Of a stretch of DNA of 64,000 bases, positions 51,658 through 63,822 are shown piece by piece (the first letter of the stretch is position 1; the number at the start of each line of letters is the position of its first letter). This DNA comes from Octopus sinensis (lineage: Eukaryota): assembly GCF_006345805.1 (NCBI RefSeq), contig NC_043010.1, forward strand, positions 25,234,001 to 25,298,000, given 5' to 3'. A program made the translations under genes and the position numbers. The notes under the pieces are model-generated. The model worked only from the letters and a program-made list of their open reading frames with translations, searched no databases and was not told the DNA's origin.

Positions 51658-54600
51658 CACACATTTCTTTCAGTATGGCTACTACGCAGAAAAAGCAAGC
51701 CTTCCTTTCCCTGTTAAGGGAAGGAGGCGGCACAATCTCGATGATAGATTCGGTTGATAGCTGTACTCTTTCCATCGATGACAACAGTTGCTCTGCGAAA
51801 ACTATCAGTCCCATTAATTCCGGACACTCCACAAATGCGTGCAAAACGGTTTCCCTGTCCTGCCCACACCTCGGACATGGCGAGACGGCACTTCTGTGCC
51901 TTGACAGTTTATCACAAACAGGTAACGCCGCACGGAAGCACTGCCAAGCCAGAGATTTCTGGTAATTGTCCAGATACCCCGGCCCAAAAGTTCTCCGGAA
52001 CAGGTTGATTAACTGATTTTCATCGTAGCCCAGGGTCTCCCCCAAGGCGTCTTCGGACTTAACCTCCTCTAATCCACAATAGAAATCCGTGGTGGAACTC
52101 TTGTTGCCGGCATTGCCAGCCCGAAAGAGTAGCTGAAGTGCCTGGCGGCACTCCAGTCCTCCAGCCTAGGTCTCCGCTTGATCCAATTACCAATGTCCGT
52201 TAAGGACGTTAATTGCGGAAGGTAGAACCGAACATGTGGTGACCATACCTGCTCTCCATCCAGGTAAAGCCAGAGGTACCTCAACCTTAACGCGAATTTT
52301 CGCATCCTCAGCCAAGGCATCCCTAGCCCACTCTTTAGTGGTTCCTGGCAGCAGACAGAGAGCTTCACGAGTGGCTTTCCTCCCTTCCACAAAAAGTGGA
52401 AAAGGATTCTCTCCAACTTGTTCAGCCACAAATCGGGGCAAGGCACCACGGTCAGACAGTAGGTGATAATCGATACTGTAAACATCAGCACCACCCCCGC
52501 TTTTCCTAGCAAGGATAACGCCTGCCCAGACCAGGTCTGGGTTAGAGCAGTCACCTTACTGGCCACCGCACTCCAATTTTTCTCTATCTGGAGATCTGGC
52601 CTGAACCAGACTCCAAGCAGCTTAACATGACCTTCTGTCCAACGCCCCACGACGTTATTGGACAGCATCGGCTTGCCCCTCCAGGTGCCAAGCTGCAAAC
52701 CAATTGACTTGTCCTTGTTAACCTTTGCTCCTGCCACCGCCTCGTAACTTTTGATAGCCTCTTCCACCACTGGAAGCTGGCCCGCATCAGCCACGATGAT
52801 GATGTCATCTGCATACACCGTAGCTCCTCTTCCACACCATAGATCATGCGGTGTGCCCCCTAGTGCCTCCAACTTCCGCAATAACGGCTCGAGAGCCAGT
52901 ACATACAAAAGCGGGGACAGGGGACACCCCTGATGCACTAAGCGTTCGATCCTGAATGGCTTCAAAAGGAAACCATTTACTTTTACGACAGACTCAATGT
53001 CGCTGTACAACGCAGCAATCCAACCGCCTTAGACTGGTCGAAATGTACCAGTGCCCCCCCCCCTGCACCAGAAAGCTTCCCCACCCTCTCTAATTCTGGC
53101 CTTATCTAGTCTTAGCTGACTCAAAACGAATGGCTCTCTTCAGGGTGAACCACTATCGGTTATTAACCACCGCACCGGTTAACGCCCTCTGTACTAATTC
53201 CTCAATCCGGCTACGGTATGCTTCGCAAGTCAAAATAGACTTGTTCAGCTTCCAGTAGCCAGATCCTCTCTTAACTGTACTATCTATGTCCAGTCTACAC
53301 TTAACTATTCTATGGTCAGTGTATGCTACTTGGACAAGCTGTGGACAGCTAAAACTAGACTTATTTCCAGTTCTTATCACTATCCTATCTAAATAGGACT
53401 TGAACCTTCCATCACCACTCATCCAGGTCTACTCTGGGACGTTCGGATGGTCAAGTCTGTAACGATCTGCCAGCTGAAACCGCTTGAGTAGATCCACGAA
53501 ATGTGAGTTTACTTTCCTATAGATCGAACCAATGCTATCGATGCGCGCATCAACAATAGCGTTACAGTCACCTAACACCACTAATGTCTTCGACGTCACG
53601 AGAAAGTTCTCTAGGCGCCGATAAAAATCAGTTTGAAATCCCGATCAACCTGAAGGCCTTACTGCTGTATGTCACATCAAGGACGACCAGCCCACCTTCT
53701 GAGTCTACATAGACTGTACTTGTCTGCAGAGCCAAGCCTTTTCGAACGAGTACTACTACACCCCCTCGCCCTCCGGTCCGGCTAGGAGACATGATTTTCT
53801 CATAGTCATTCAGGAGGGGCGAGAAGGCTTGTAGACTGTCCAGCGTGATCTCTGTAGCAACCATCACATGCATATCGTGTGATCTGAGGTCGTCGAGGAA
53901 ACAAGCTTGCTTCCACTTCGAGCTCAGACCACGCACATTCAAACACCCATGGTTAAGTGCAGTCATTTAAAACAAAAGAAAAGCAAGGGTTCTACTTACT
54001 CTTTGTTTTTTTTTCTTTTATTGGTGATGCTGGGGCTGACCCCACCACATGTGGGGCAGTCCTTTCCTCATGCTCATTCAAAATCTCCCTCAAATACCGC
54101 AGAAGGTCCAGGATGTTCGTGATGGTTCTCGGATGCCTACCCTTCATTTCTTTATACAGTTTTTCCGATATCTACGCACATCTCTCTTCCGTGCCTTCAG
54201 GCTGCTGCAACAGCTCTGCGGTGTGGTGCTTTTTTAAAATGTCCGTAATATATTTATCCCTGGTATCAAACTTTACCAGGGTTTTTGTTTCGTCTTTGTT
54301 CTTTTTTATTTTTTCTTCTGGGACAGTGGAGCGGTATCTTTTTTTCTCTGCGGTGTGCTGTTTTTCTTCTTTTTTCTTTGTGGGGGATATGGATGGGGAA
54401 GGTGCAAGTGTTCGCTTTTTTCTAGGTGTCTTGAACTCCCCCTCGGTCACGTCCATGGTGTCCTCCAGAGGAGTTGCTACTTCAGAGGGGGTGGGTGTAT
54501 TTGTTTCTGTCGGGACCGATGTGTGCATGGCCTAGGGTTTTTGAGTGTTTTGTTTGGGAGCGGGTGTCACAGATGGTGGGGTGGGAGTATTTGTTTCTGT

Positions 54601-54840
54601 GGGGGCTAATTTGTGCGCGGGTTTGAGGTCTTGTTCTGTAGTTGAAGGGCCTGATGTCTGCGCACTTATTTTCTTTTTTTTTTCCATATTTCTCAGTCTA
54701 CACGAATGTGGCCTTTTTTGCCACATTCAAAACACGTAGGCTTTTTGCCCTCTACTTGAATCTTGAGGGCAATATCTTCCCCCAAGAGTACTCTTTCTGG
54801 CAACATCTCGATGTTGACGTGACATCAAGCAGCTGAAAAA
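51658..54840 (-). mobile_element. Tx1/L1-clade LINE B: truncated at both ends, internally deleted
   Basis: ORF1 zinc knuckle CFECGKKGHIRVD near 54740-54695; ORF2 starts at 53966 (CLNVRG); QGCPLSPLLY; YADD; CPRC..ETVLHAFVEC; related to but distinct from element A. Confidence 0.9.
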
Positions 54841-55523
54841 AAGACGTCCGTCTACGACAAGTGTAAGCAAGCTACTTACCACACAACCACTCTTACATTT
54901 TCATTACATTTTTCACCCTTATAAATTAAAAATGTTCAGAATCGTTAAAGAGAGAATGTCTTGTAGTATTTGTTCCATTTATTTACACTCCAAATTCAAA
55001 TCCTGCCAAGATCAATTTGCCTTTCATCACTACCGGAGTAGATAAAAATAAATAGATAAATGAATAAAGTACTAGCCGAACAGGATCTTTTCTTTTTGAT
55101 GGACGGAATGTTCTAGTTAACTAAAAAATTTGAAACTTCGTATACTGGTAGAATGTGTCAAAAGAAAACATTATTGTAAACAAAATTGAAAACAAAATTG
55201 TAATTCATAACTTTAACGTAGTTTAATTCTTCGAATTTTAACCAATGAAATCCCAGCATTTGAGCATAAATCATTTGCTGCGTTATCGATATTGATAAAC
55301 AATCATAGCAGATGCACGACACACACACACACTCTGTCACTCTCTCTCTCTCTCAAACACATGCATATACATTTGCACAAGCACATAGTAATTAATATAT
55401 AAGCGTACACACACATACAAACGGAGATATACATACACACACATACGCACACAAGCATACATACATGTTCGTGAGTTGCCCCTTGCCGCAACAAATTTGC
55501 ACAAAAGGTAAATAAACCAAATG

Positions 55524-55718
55524 GGGACCGATGTGTGCATGGCCTAGGGTTTTTGAGTGTTTTGTTTGGGAGCGGGTGTCACAGATGGTGGGGTGGGAGT
55601 ATTTGTTTCTGTGGGGGCTAATTTGTGCGCGGGTTTGAGGTCTTGTTCTGTAGTTGAAGGGCCTGATGTCTGCGCACTTATTTTCTTTTTTTTTTCCATA
55701 TTTCTCAGTCTACACGAA
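55524..55718. repeat. Exact 195-bp direct duplicate of 54512-54706 (Tx1-B ORF1)
   Basis: Base-for-base identical including the T10 run; offset 1012 bp. Confidence 0.95.
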
Positions 55719-56625
55719 AAACTCGTAAAACAGCAACAATTTCATATAGTAGCAATGAAACTTCTTGCCGACATTTTACTCCGTCGCTGTGCTGACGCGT
55801 CAGAACCAGTGTTGCCATATGTTGCGACGTTGTCATACACACAAGATGATTGTTTAACCTTTTTATATATACTATAAAATAAAACTCGTAAACCCGGGGT
55901 CTGGTAAAGTAGATCCTCGTAAAGTGAGGTATTGCTGTATATTAATTTTCGAAGTTGTAGAAGTAATATAAAGAAGGCCATGAAAGTTGGTTATGGAGGC
56001 AGCAGGTTGCCTCAAGGTGGTTATGGTCAAAAGATGTGGCCCCTGAAAAGTGTTATGCTTCTTGGAGTAATGGTTAAGGGGACACAAGTTGAGGTTTGCT
56101 CAACCTCGGCTGGGTCGCCTGGCTGAGGGTGTCTAATTGTTGAAAGACTCGAGATACCCCATGACCCCAGGAAACATCACAATAATGCATAGAAAAATTA
56201 TACCGTTCTGATTCCTAATTAAGGCACAAGTCCAGCAGTTTTAGGAGAAGGGTTTAGTCGATTCGATCGATCCCAGTGCTCGGCGGATCTGGCGGATCTT
56301 GTCCATCAAAAAGAAAAGATCCGATATTCGAGTTCTTTATTAATATACTATTTCTAGCATATGCACAAGACCTGAAATTTTGGAGGCAGCTTGCCGATTA
56401 TATCAACATAGTAGTTGACTGGTTGGTACTTAATTTTATTGGTCTCCGAAAGGGTAAAAGCAAAGCTGACTTCGGTACGATTTAAAATCAGAACGCAAAG
56501 AACTGTAACAAATACATTTTTTCCGACACTAACGAATTTACAGTTCTATATTTAGAGGAATTATGTACATTATTTACATTTGACGGATATTTGTCCTCAT
56601 CTTGTTTGTTGTTAACACAACTTTT

Positions 56626-56817
56626 GGATCTTTTCCTTTTGAACGGCACATGTCAACACAATTTCTAGTTAACTAAACACTTTTAAACTTCGTATACTGG
56701 TAGAATGTGTTTATAAAACATCATTTTTTCTTGGCTTTATTGAGAAAATTCTATATGTTATAAGATATTTCCACTTTAATTTCAAGCATTTCGGCAATTT
56801 TAAAAAGGAAAAGATCC
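56626..56817. mobile_element. GGATC-terminal MITE (192 bp) inserted in a Penelope-like terminus
   Basis: TIRs ggatcttttccttt / aaaggaaaagatcc; perfect 8-bp TSD caactttt (56618-25, 56818-25). Confidence 0.9.
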
Positions 56818-56901
56818 CAACTTTTCGGCTGATATACCCTCCAGCCTTCATGAGGTGTCTTAGGGAAATTTCGAACTTGGGTTCTCATTCCTAAGGTATT
56901 T

Positions 56902-57866
56902 GGACCTTTTCGGTCTCAACGGCACTTTTTTCTAGCGGTGACATATGAAATTGTCACCCATAATTATGACCCTAGTATCGATCTATTGCATTTTAATCTC
57001 TTTTTTTGGAGTAGGGGTGTGGGAAGGGTATCTTTTTTTCTTCACAAATGTAAATAAACCTAATCTGTTTCTTAAACGAGGGACATATTCATACGGCACA
57101 GAATGTTTTTTACCTCAATAGACGTCAGTGATTGGTTAAAATTGCAGAAATTGAAGAAAAAAACAATAGAATTTTCTCAATAAAGCCAAGAGAAAAAGAT
57201 GTTTTATAAACACATTCTAGATACTACTAGCGAAGACTGGACCCGGTTCGCGCCCACGCGCAATCGCATGTCCGCGCTAGCTAGTCGTAAGTAGTCGATC
57301 CTACAACGACTTGTGCGTATGCAAATGAGTTGAAGACAACCAATGGTTCTAATTAATGATCAACACAAGGGGGGTGGGGGTTTAGTGTCCAGTCTTCGCT
57401 AGTAGTACCGAAACAAAATATCCTTAAGATGATAAGGAATGGAAAGTTGATATCGATTGATGGATTTGATAAGTTGAAGATATTTTAGTAACAGTTCATT
57501 ACACGTGTGTATCCGTGTGTAAGAATGTCTAAGCGAGAGAGGACAGCATATTACAGCATTCCATGAAGGGTTTTGTTTTTTGGGGTTTGTTTTGATGTTT
57601 TCTTGTTTGTTTATTTACACTGAACCTGCCACCCCCCTTGTGTTGATCATTAATTAGACCCATTGGTTGTCTTCAACTCATTTGAATACGCACAAGTCGT
57701 TGTAGGATCGACTACTTACGACTAGCTAGCGCGGAACGCGACTGTGCGTGGGCGCGCACCGGGTCCAGTCTTCGCTAGTAGTACCCACTTTCTACCAGTA
57801 TACCAAGATTAACATTTTTTAGTTACCTAGAAATTATGTTAAAAACTGCCGTTCAAACCGAAAAGA
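56902..57866. mobile_element. GGATC-family MITE, inverted relative to 44807-45227 and interrupted by 57220-57785
   Basis: Continuous homology to 44807-45227 on either side of the insertion. Confidence 0.85.
57220..57785. mobile_element. Palindromic MITE with a third internal TIR, possibly Merlin- or MULE-related
   Basis: TIR G(A/G)TACTACTAGCGAAGACTGGAC at both ends and again at 57387-57409; 9-bp TSD cacattcta/cactttcta. Confidence 0.85.
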
Positions 57867-58218
57867 AACATGTTAACAAAAGGAAACGTAATACATCAAA
57901 ATGTATGTTGTGTGTGTATGTATGTGTGTGCGAGTGAGAGAAACAGAGAGAAATGTGCATATTTTTACACACATGTGTGTATCAGTGAGTAAGTATGTGT
58001 GTGTAATAAAGCACGTGCGTGTTTTCTCAATTCAAAACAGCGTCTGGTTTAGGATTTTCTGAGTTGATTTTCGTCAACTGTCAGTAGGTGAGAGTGGCGG
58101 GTTTTCTTAAAGTCCCCGACCCTACAGGGTGGGGAAAAAGTGATTGTCATCTTCATCACTTCCTCAACTACCATAAGAGTTTATATACTCTGATGGTGAT
58201 TTCTTACTGTATCCTGTA

Positions 58219-58228
58219 ATGTCAGCAG
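58219..58228 (+). CDS. FANK1: FANK1 paralog b, exon 1 (MSA-G)
   Basis: atg tca gca g|gtaagt, strong donor; phase 1 matches the exon-2 acceptor. Confidence 0.75.
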
Positions 58229-59119
58229 GTAAGTCGTCTGTGTATGTATGAATGTGTGTGTATTTAGATTCTTTATATTTAATTAGTAGTTCTCTCAAAA
58301 GAGAAAATTGTGTAATATGTTTATAATTATTTAGGTTTATTTTCCATTTTTGTGAACGAGGCTGTTATAAAAATAGCAGCAAAATCTCCTTCAAATCGCA
58401 TCTAATTGTCTTGAAAGGAGGAGGGACATTGTGTAATGCCGTCATGGATAAACTCTTGTAAAACGACGAATATTCACGATTGGATGCTTTTACTCTTTAC
58501 TATTAGGACACTTTACCATTAGGACATTTGACAGAGAAATCTAAGCGATAAAGCGTTAATGGAACCCCTGGACGTAAAAATCAGGGAAATTAAACCAAAA
58601 ATTAAATGCACCAAATTTCGTTTACATCAAATAATACAACGTAACAGAAAAAAACATTAATATATCTCTTTATCTTCTCCTTTTTGAACTTCACTATCAC
58701 CTTATTTTCTTGAATCAGTGTAAAAACTTCTACATAGTTCCTCAACCTGCCTGTTATAGCTGCCAAATCTCACCTTTGATCATAAATCTAAGGTGCAAAT
58801 CTAGAAATTAAAACAACGTATTTCTTTGGTTTACATAGACACTTGAGGGCATGCCATTTTTCCTCCTGATCTTCAAACACTACCATCATAAACAAGCTGA
58901 GTGATCCAGCATGACCATAACTAATTAGCTGAAAAGAAAATTATACAGTATTTTTCAGAAAATACTGCCGCATATTTTCAAAGATTAGGGTAGAGTCGTG
59001 TGTAATCGACCCTCGTACATCAGTGCTCCTAACCCAACGTCAGTAAATTAGGTACTTGTGCACCAGTGACATCAACACAAAGTTTATAGTGTCGTTCCAT
59101 TGTCAGATCATTCTTTAAA

Positions 59120-59350
59120 AGGCAGCAAGTAGCAGAATTGTTAAAGTGTCAGAAAATACCTTCCAGTATTTCTTCCAGCTTTTCTACATTCTGAGCTGAA
59201 GTCTCGCCCAGGTCAACTTTTGCCTTTCATCTTTTTGGTGGCTGGGGTCAATAAAATAAAGTACCAATCAAGTAATGTAGTTGACTGTATTGACTGACTT
59301 TCTTAAATTTTCTGGCCTTGTACCTAAATTAGAAACGATATTAGTACAAA
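59120..59350 (+). mobile_element. tRNA-derived SINE in FANK1b intron 1
   Basis: gtagcagaattgtta A-box-like motif, followed by the family body aggtcaacttttgcctttcatc. Confidence 0.6.
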
Positions 59351-59669
59351 TTCTGAAGATGCTGACTTTGTCATTTAACCCTTTAGAATTGATAAAACAT
59401 GTGTCAAGTGAGAAAGATCCATGCTCTAATTTGAATATTTCTTACAACAAGCATTCACGCTGGGTCTCTTGTCTAAGAATAATTTCCACTTATGAGTCTT
59501 AGAGGTTCTGAAAACATGGGCATTGTTCTTTCTCTTCTGACCAATACTCCAAAAAACAAAAATGCAATTATCCATACCTTTTTCCTACTAAATAGTGGGA
59601 CTTCTCTGATAATATAAGAAATCCTAACAACTTTTTTTGTTTTTGTTAATTTCTATTTTTTCTTGTCAG

Positions 59670-59853
59670 GGAAAACTGAAATCTCAGAGGTCGAAGTGAT
59701 TGATAAAAGCCATTCTACTGTGCATCTTGACTGGTCTTCTTCTCTACTCCAATACAACTACAGCATTCTAAATTACACTGACAGGGTCTACGCAATCTTA
59801 CAGCAAACAGTAGGGAGCTGCGAAGATGAGACTAAATGGAATGATGTATATAT
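59670..59853 (+). CDS. FANK1: FANK1 paralog b, exon 2: FN3 N-terminal half (KTEISEVEVIDKSHSTVHLDW...KWNDVY-I), 184 nt
   Basis: ttcttgtcag acceptor, at|gtatgt donor; SHSTVHLDW aligns with human THHSIELYW (recalled). Confidence 0.85.
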
Positions 59854-60080
59854 GTATGTACGCCTACGTCATAATTTGCCTAGTAAAGAAAATAACTATC
59901 AAGATTTCATTTCTCTGAAAATGGATTTTGTTGTTTAACTCCTGGTCATCTCTAATCCAGCAGACCTTTGATCAAAGATGCTCCAGCCGCAGCCAATCTC
60001 TTTTTTTTTTGTCTTTGTTTTCATTTCCTTTTAAACATATTGTATTTAGGGCCACATTATTCAATGTGCTGCTTTATTCA

Positions 60081-61617
60081 GCATACACCCACGGGTTATC
60101 AAAGCATACACCCACGGGTTATCAAAGCGTTGGCTCCGGTCATCTGCGAGCCCTTAACACGTCTATTCAATATGTCATTGGCGACGGGTGTTATACCTGC
60201 AGACTGGAGAACAGCGATAATCTGCCCAATTTTCAAGAAAGGGAGCCGCGAAGACCCGCTTAACTACCGACCGGTTTCCCTTACATCAATAATCAGCAAG
60301 ATGTTCGAAACCATCCTTAAGAAAAGTATGATGCTCCACCTCCAAAACACAGCCTCTATCTCTGATTCCCAACACGGCTTCGTGCCGAAGAGATCATGCT
60401 TGACCAACTTACTGGTAATGGAAGAATTGGTGACGCGCATCCTCGATGATAGTGATGCTGTTGACATCGTTTTATTGGACTTTGCCAAAGCTTTTGACTC
60501 GGTAAACCACCGCCTATTACTTGTCAAGCTTCAAGCATATAGTTTCCATCCGGATATTGTACGATGGGTTGGTGCCTTCCTCTCAGATCGCTCCTTCCAA
60601 GTCCAAGTTAATGGTTCGCGGTCCGACGTCTCCAGTGCGAGCAGTGGCGTGCCTCAAGGTTCAGTGCTTGGGCCCTTGTTGTTCTTAGTCTTCATAAATG
60701 ACTTGCCCGACGACCTCACGCAACACACCCTTCTATTTGCCAACGATATCAAACTGGTCGCTCCTCGCGGTGATATAGAGGATCTTCGTCGATGCCTCCA
60801 CCAAATTTGGAAGTGGTCTAACGAATGGGACCTGTGTCTGAATGTGTCAAAGTGCTGTCATCTGCCTGTTGGCTCTCCTCCTGCAACTCAACTTGATTTC
60901 GAGCCGGGTCGTCTGCTGCTGGAGAGGACCGATCAGGTAAAGGACCTGGGTATCTTGGTGGATTCCTCCTTTTCGCCTTCGGCCCAGTGCGTCCATGCTG
61001 CCAACAAAGCACGCGGAATTCTGTTCTTGATTCGACGGTCATTCGGAATGCTCACAGCAGCCATATTCCTACCACTCTATGTCACGCTGGTGAGACCCAT
61101 ATTGGAGTACGGGATTCAAGCCTCTTCTCCTTATCTCAAAGACATACAGCATCTCGAAAGAGTCCAGAAGCTGGCTACCCGCATGGTTCATGGTCTCAAA
61201 AATTTGTCCTATGAAGAAAGGCTGAGGACGCTCGACCATTATTCTCTTGAAAAACGCTGCCGCCGTGGTGATCTCATTCTCGCCCACAACATCGTAAGCG
61301 GAAAGTGTAACCTCTCGAAAGAGCTGTTCTTCACTCCTGCTCCAGAGCGTCGGCTGCGGGGTCATTCCGAAAAGCTCTACCTGCGACGATTTCATCTCAA
61401 TCGAAGGAGAGGAGCTTTCTCCATCCGGGTTGCGGATCCGTGGAACAAGCTGCCAGATGAGATGGTAAAGATGCCGACGACCGCTTTGTTCAAAGCCTCC
61501 CTTGACCTCAAGTGGCCTGAACTCTTTACATGAACACCACCCTGTACTTAACTCCATGTCCCCCTACATGGCCTTGCTATTTGCTTTTGAGCCAAATTAA
61601 CTAACTAACTAACTAAC
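60081..61617 (+). mobile_element. 5'-truncated CR1-like LINE with a long open RT frame and (TAAC)5 tail
   Basis: NYRPVSL, QHGF, DFAKAFDSV, GVPQGSVLGP, LFAND (D to N), ERVQKLATR; GC-rich relative to the flanks; no internal stops. Confidence 0.93.
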
Positions 61618-63011
61618 AGGTCTAGCAACAGCATAGAGATTTTCTCATTGATTCATCTTATGTGTTTTCAGTTGTTTAGCCACATATCAGTCTTTATTAA
61701 GCAAACCTATAATCAAAGACATTCCAACCATGATCATCTCTTGCTCATTCAAAAAGAATTCATTGAGGCAGATTTTCTGTGGTTGGATACCCTTCTTGCC
61801 ACCGACCATCACCAGTTTCCAAGCACAATTATACTTTTCATAGAGAGACTTGTTTTCCTTGTATGACAGTGATGCTTGTTTACAGCAATCACATGATGTC
61901 GAGTCAGTGACAACATGTGACATCACACACACACACGCACCTACCCACACATGCTCACACACACACACACGCATGATAGGCTTCTTTCAGTTTCCCTCTA
62001 CCAAATCCACTCACAAGGCATTGGTTGGCCCATGGCTATAGTAGAAGATACTTATTGAAGATGACATGCGCTGTGCTTGTGGAACAGACTGCTTAACCAT
62101 ACGGCCTTGTTTATGCTTATTTGGTGCACCCTGTTCTCCCCAGAATTGCAAGCCTTTGCAATTATTTCCTATCCTCTGATTTTTTATGAAGACATCAACC
62201 TGTAAAAATTCAAACTGAACATCAACCACATCAGTCTCACCTGTATGGGAGGGCATCTGTCCAGAGGCATAGCCAGGTTCAAAAGTTAGGGTGAGTCAGC
62301 ACATGAAAAAAATGTGCTTGGACACAAACCAAACAATTTTAAACCCATTTCTCTTAAATTACATGAAATATTTGTTCATTAGTTTCATGTTTCAGTAATA
62401 ATGTCATTATGTATGAAACTTATGACTACTGATATAAGTGATGCATAAAAAAAGATGAAACTCCACAAGATTGTCCGATGTCAAGAGGTAATGATGTCAG
62501 GTTCTTCAGATGTCAGCAGCCACCAACACGTCACAGGAGATTGAGCAGATAGTTCAAAAACTTGGGAGGCTGGTCAAATAAAGTCATGACTCCAGAAAGT
62601 TCTTTCAAGGCTATGCAATTTAAAAAAAGAAGAGATCCGACTTCTATTGTGCAAGTGAACTAAAGATTTTAAAATAATTTGTTGAAAAGGCACCAATTTT
62701 GAATAATGTGCCCAGGGGAAACAGTTACTCCTCCATTGCTATGCTGTTGTTTATGTCATGGGCATAAACTAATTAATTTTAATTTCCAAATATAAAAGAA
62801 GAAATTCCTTCAATTGATTCAGAAACTAATTCTGATTACAGATTGTATTTAAAAGCCATCTACCACCAAGTGTATATTTTGAATGTGAAGGGATTCCAGC
62901 ACAACTACTAAATTATATTATTCTATTTAAGTTAATGTTAATGTATTTAATACAGGAAATAGAAATAGTATGTGTTATAAGTTATAGATAGAATGATAAA
63001 CAGATATGCAG

Positions 63012-63124
63012 GTTGGCTGGTTGGTCGGTTGGTTGGTTGGCTGGTTGGCTGGCTGGTTGGTTGGTTGATTGGCTGATTGGTTGATTGGTTGGCTAGCTGG
63101 TTGCTTGGTTGGTTGGCTGGTTGG
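63012..63124. repeat. (GGTT/GGCT)n microsatellite
   Basis: Imperfect tetranucleotide run. Confidence 0.9.
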
Positions 63125-63694
63125 TTAATATAAAATTAATTTTTACGAAGCTATCTAGAATTTTATAAGACTAACTAGAAATAAGTATAGGATGAAAAAT
63201 AATCAGTTTTGGTCAATGACAAATATTTTCCTTTTTCTGGAAAACTTATGAGAGATAACTGTATATATGTTTCTGTCTAATTCTGACCATTTCAGGAATG
63301 TAAAATAATTTAGAAAGTAAGTAATTCAAAGGTATTATCCACATGGAAACACAATAGTCATGCTAGTGCTAACATATTTTATGCAAGCAGCATTTTCTTT
63401 GATATTAAATAGAAATGGATGTGTAATTAGACAAACAGAGAGATAAAGAGGTAAGTTGGTGTTAACATAGTCAATAGATAAAAGAATTAAATCCAGCCCC
63501 ATGACAGCATGGAAAATAGACAGGTGGTGATGACAATGAAGAAGAAAAACAAATACTTTAGTGATGAAACAAATAAACAGACAAATGGATAGGTGAGTGT
63601 GTACTAACATATGTATGGACCATTAAAAAGCTAATTAACAATAAATATATATTGATAAAAAAATCAAGAACTAATATTTTCTTTTTATATGTAG

Positions 63695-63822
63695 TGGATA
63701 TGGTGAAAGTAAAATTGTCGGAGACCTTGAACCAAAGCAGGAGTACAAATTTAGAATTCGCTTCCACCGAAATGATGACATTTACTCAGCCTGGTCACCA
63801 GCAGTACAAGTTATTACCGATA
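63695..63822 (+). CDS. FANK1: FANK1 paralog b, exon 3: FN3 C-terminal half (GYGESKIVGDLEPKQEYKFRIRF...WSPAVQVITD), 128 nt
   Basis: tatatgtag acceptor, a|gtgagt donor; aligns to human [21 protein letters not shown]...YSPLVSVST (recalled); gene continues beyond the window. Confidence 0.92.

Noticed and set aside
55742-55981. Minus-strand 79-aa ORF as a divergent gene
   Set aside because: No recognisable domain, no splice structure, and no further exons found.
58089-58128. GT...AG segment as a 5' UTR intron of FANK1b
   Set aside because: Only 40 nt, and the donor is not conserved in paralog a.
59968-60103. N-terminal part of the 521-aa ORF
   Set aside because: Fortuitous read-through of intronic DNA into a 5'-truncated CR1; not a host gene.
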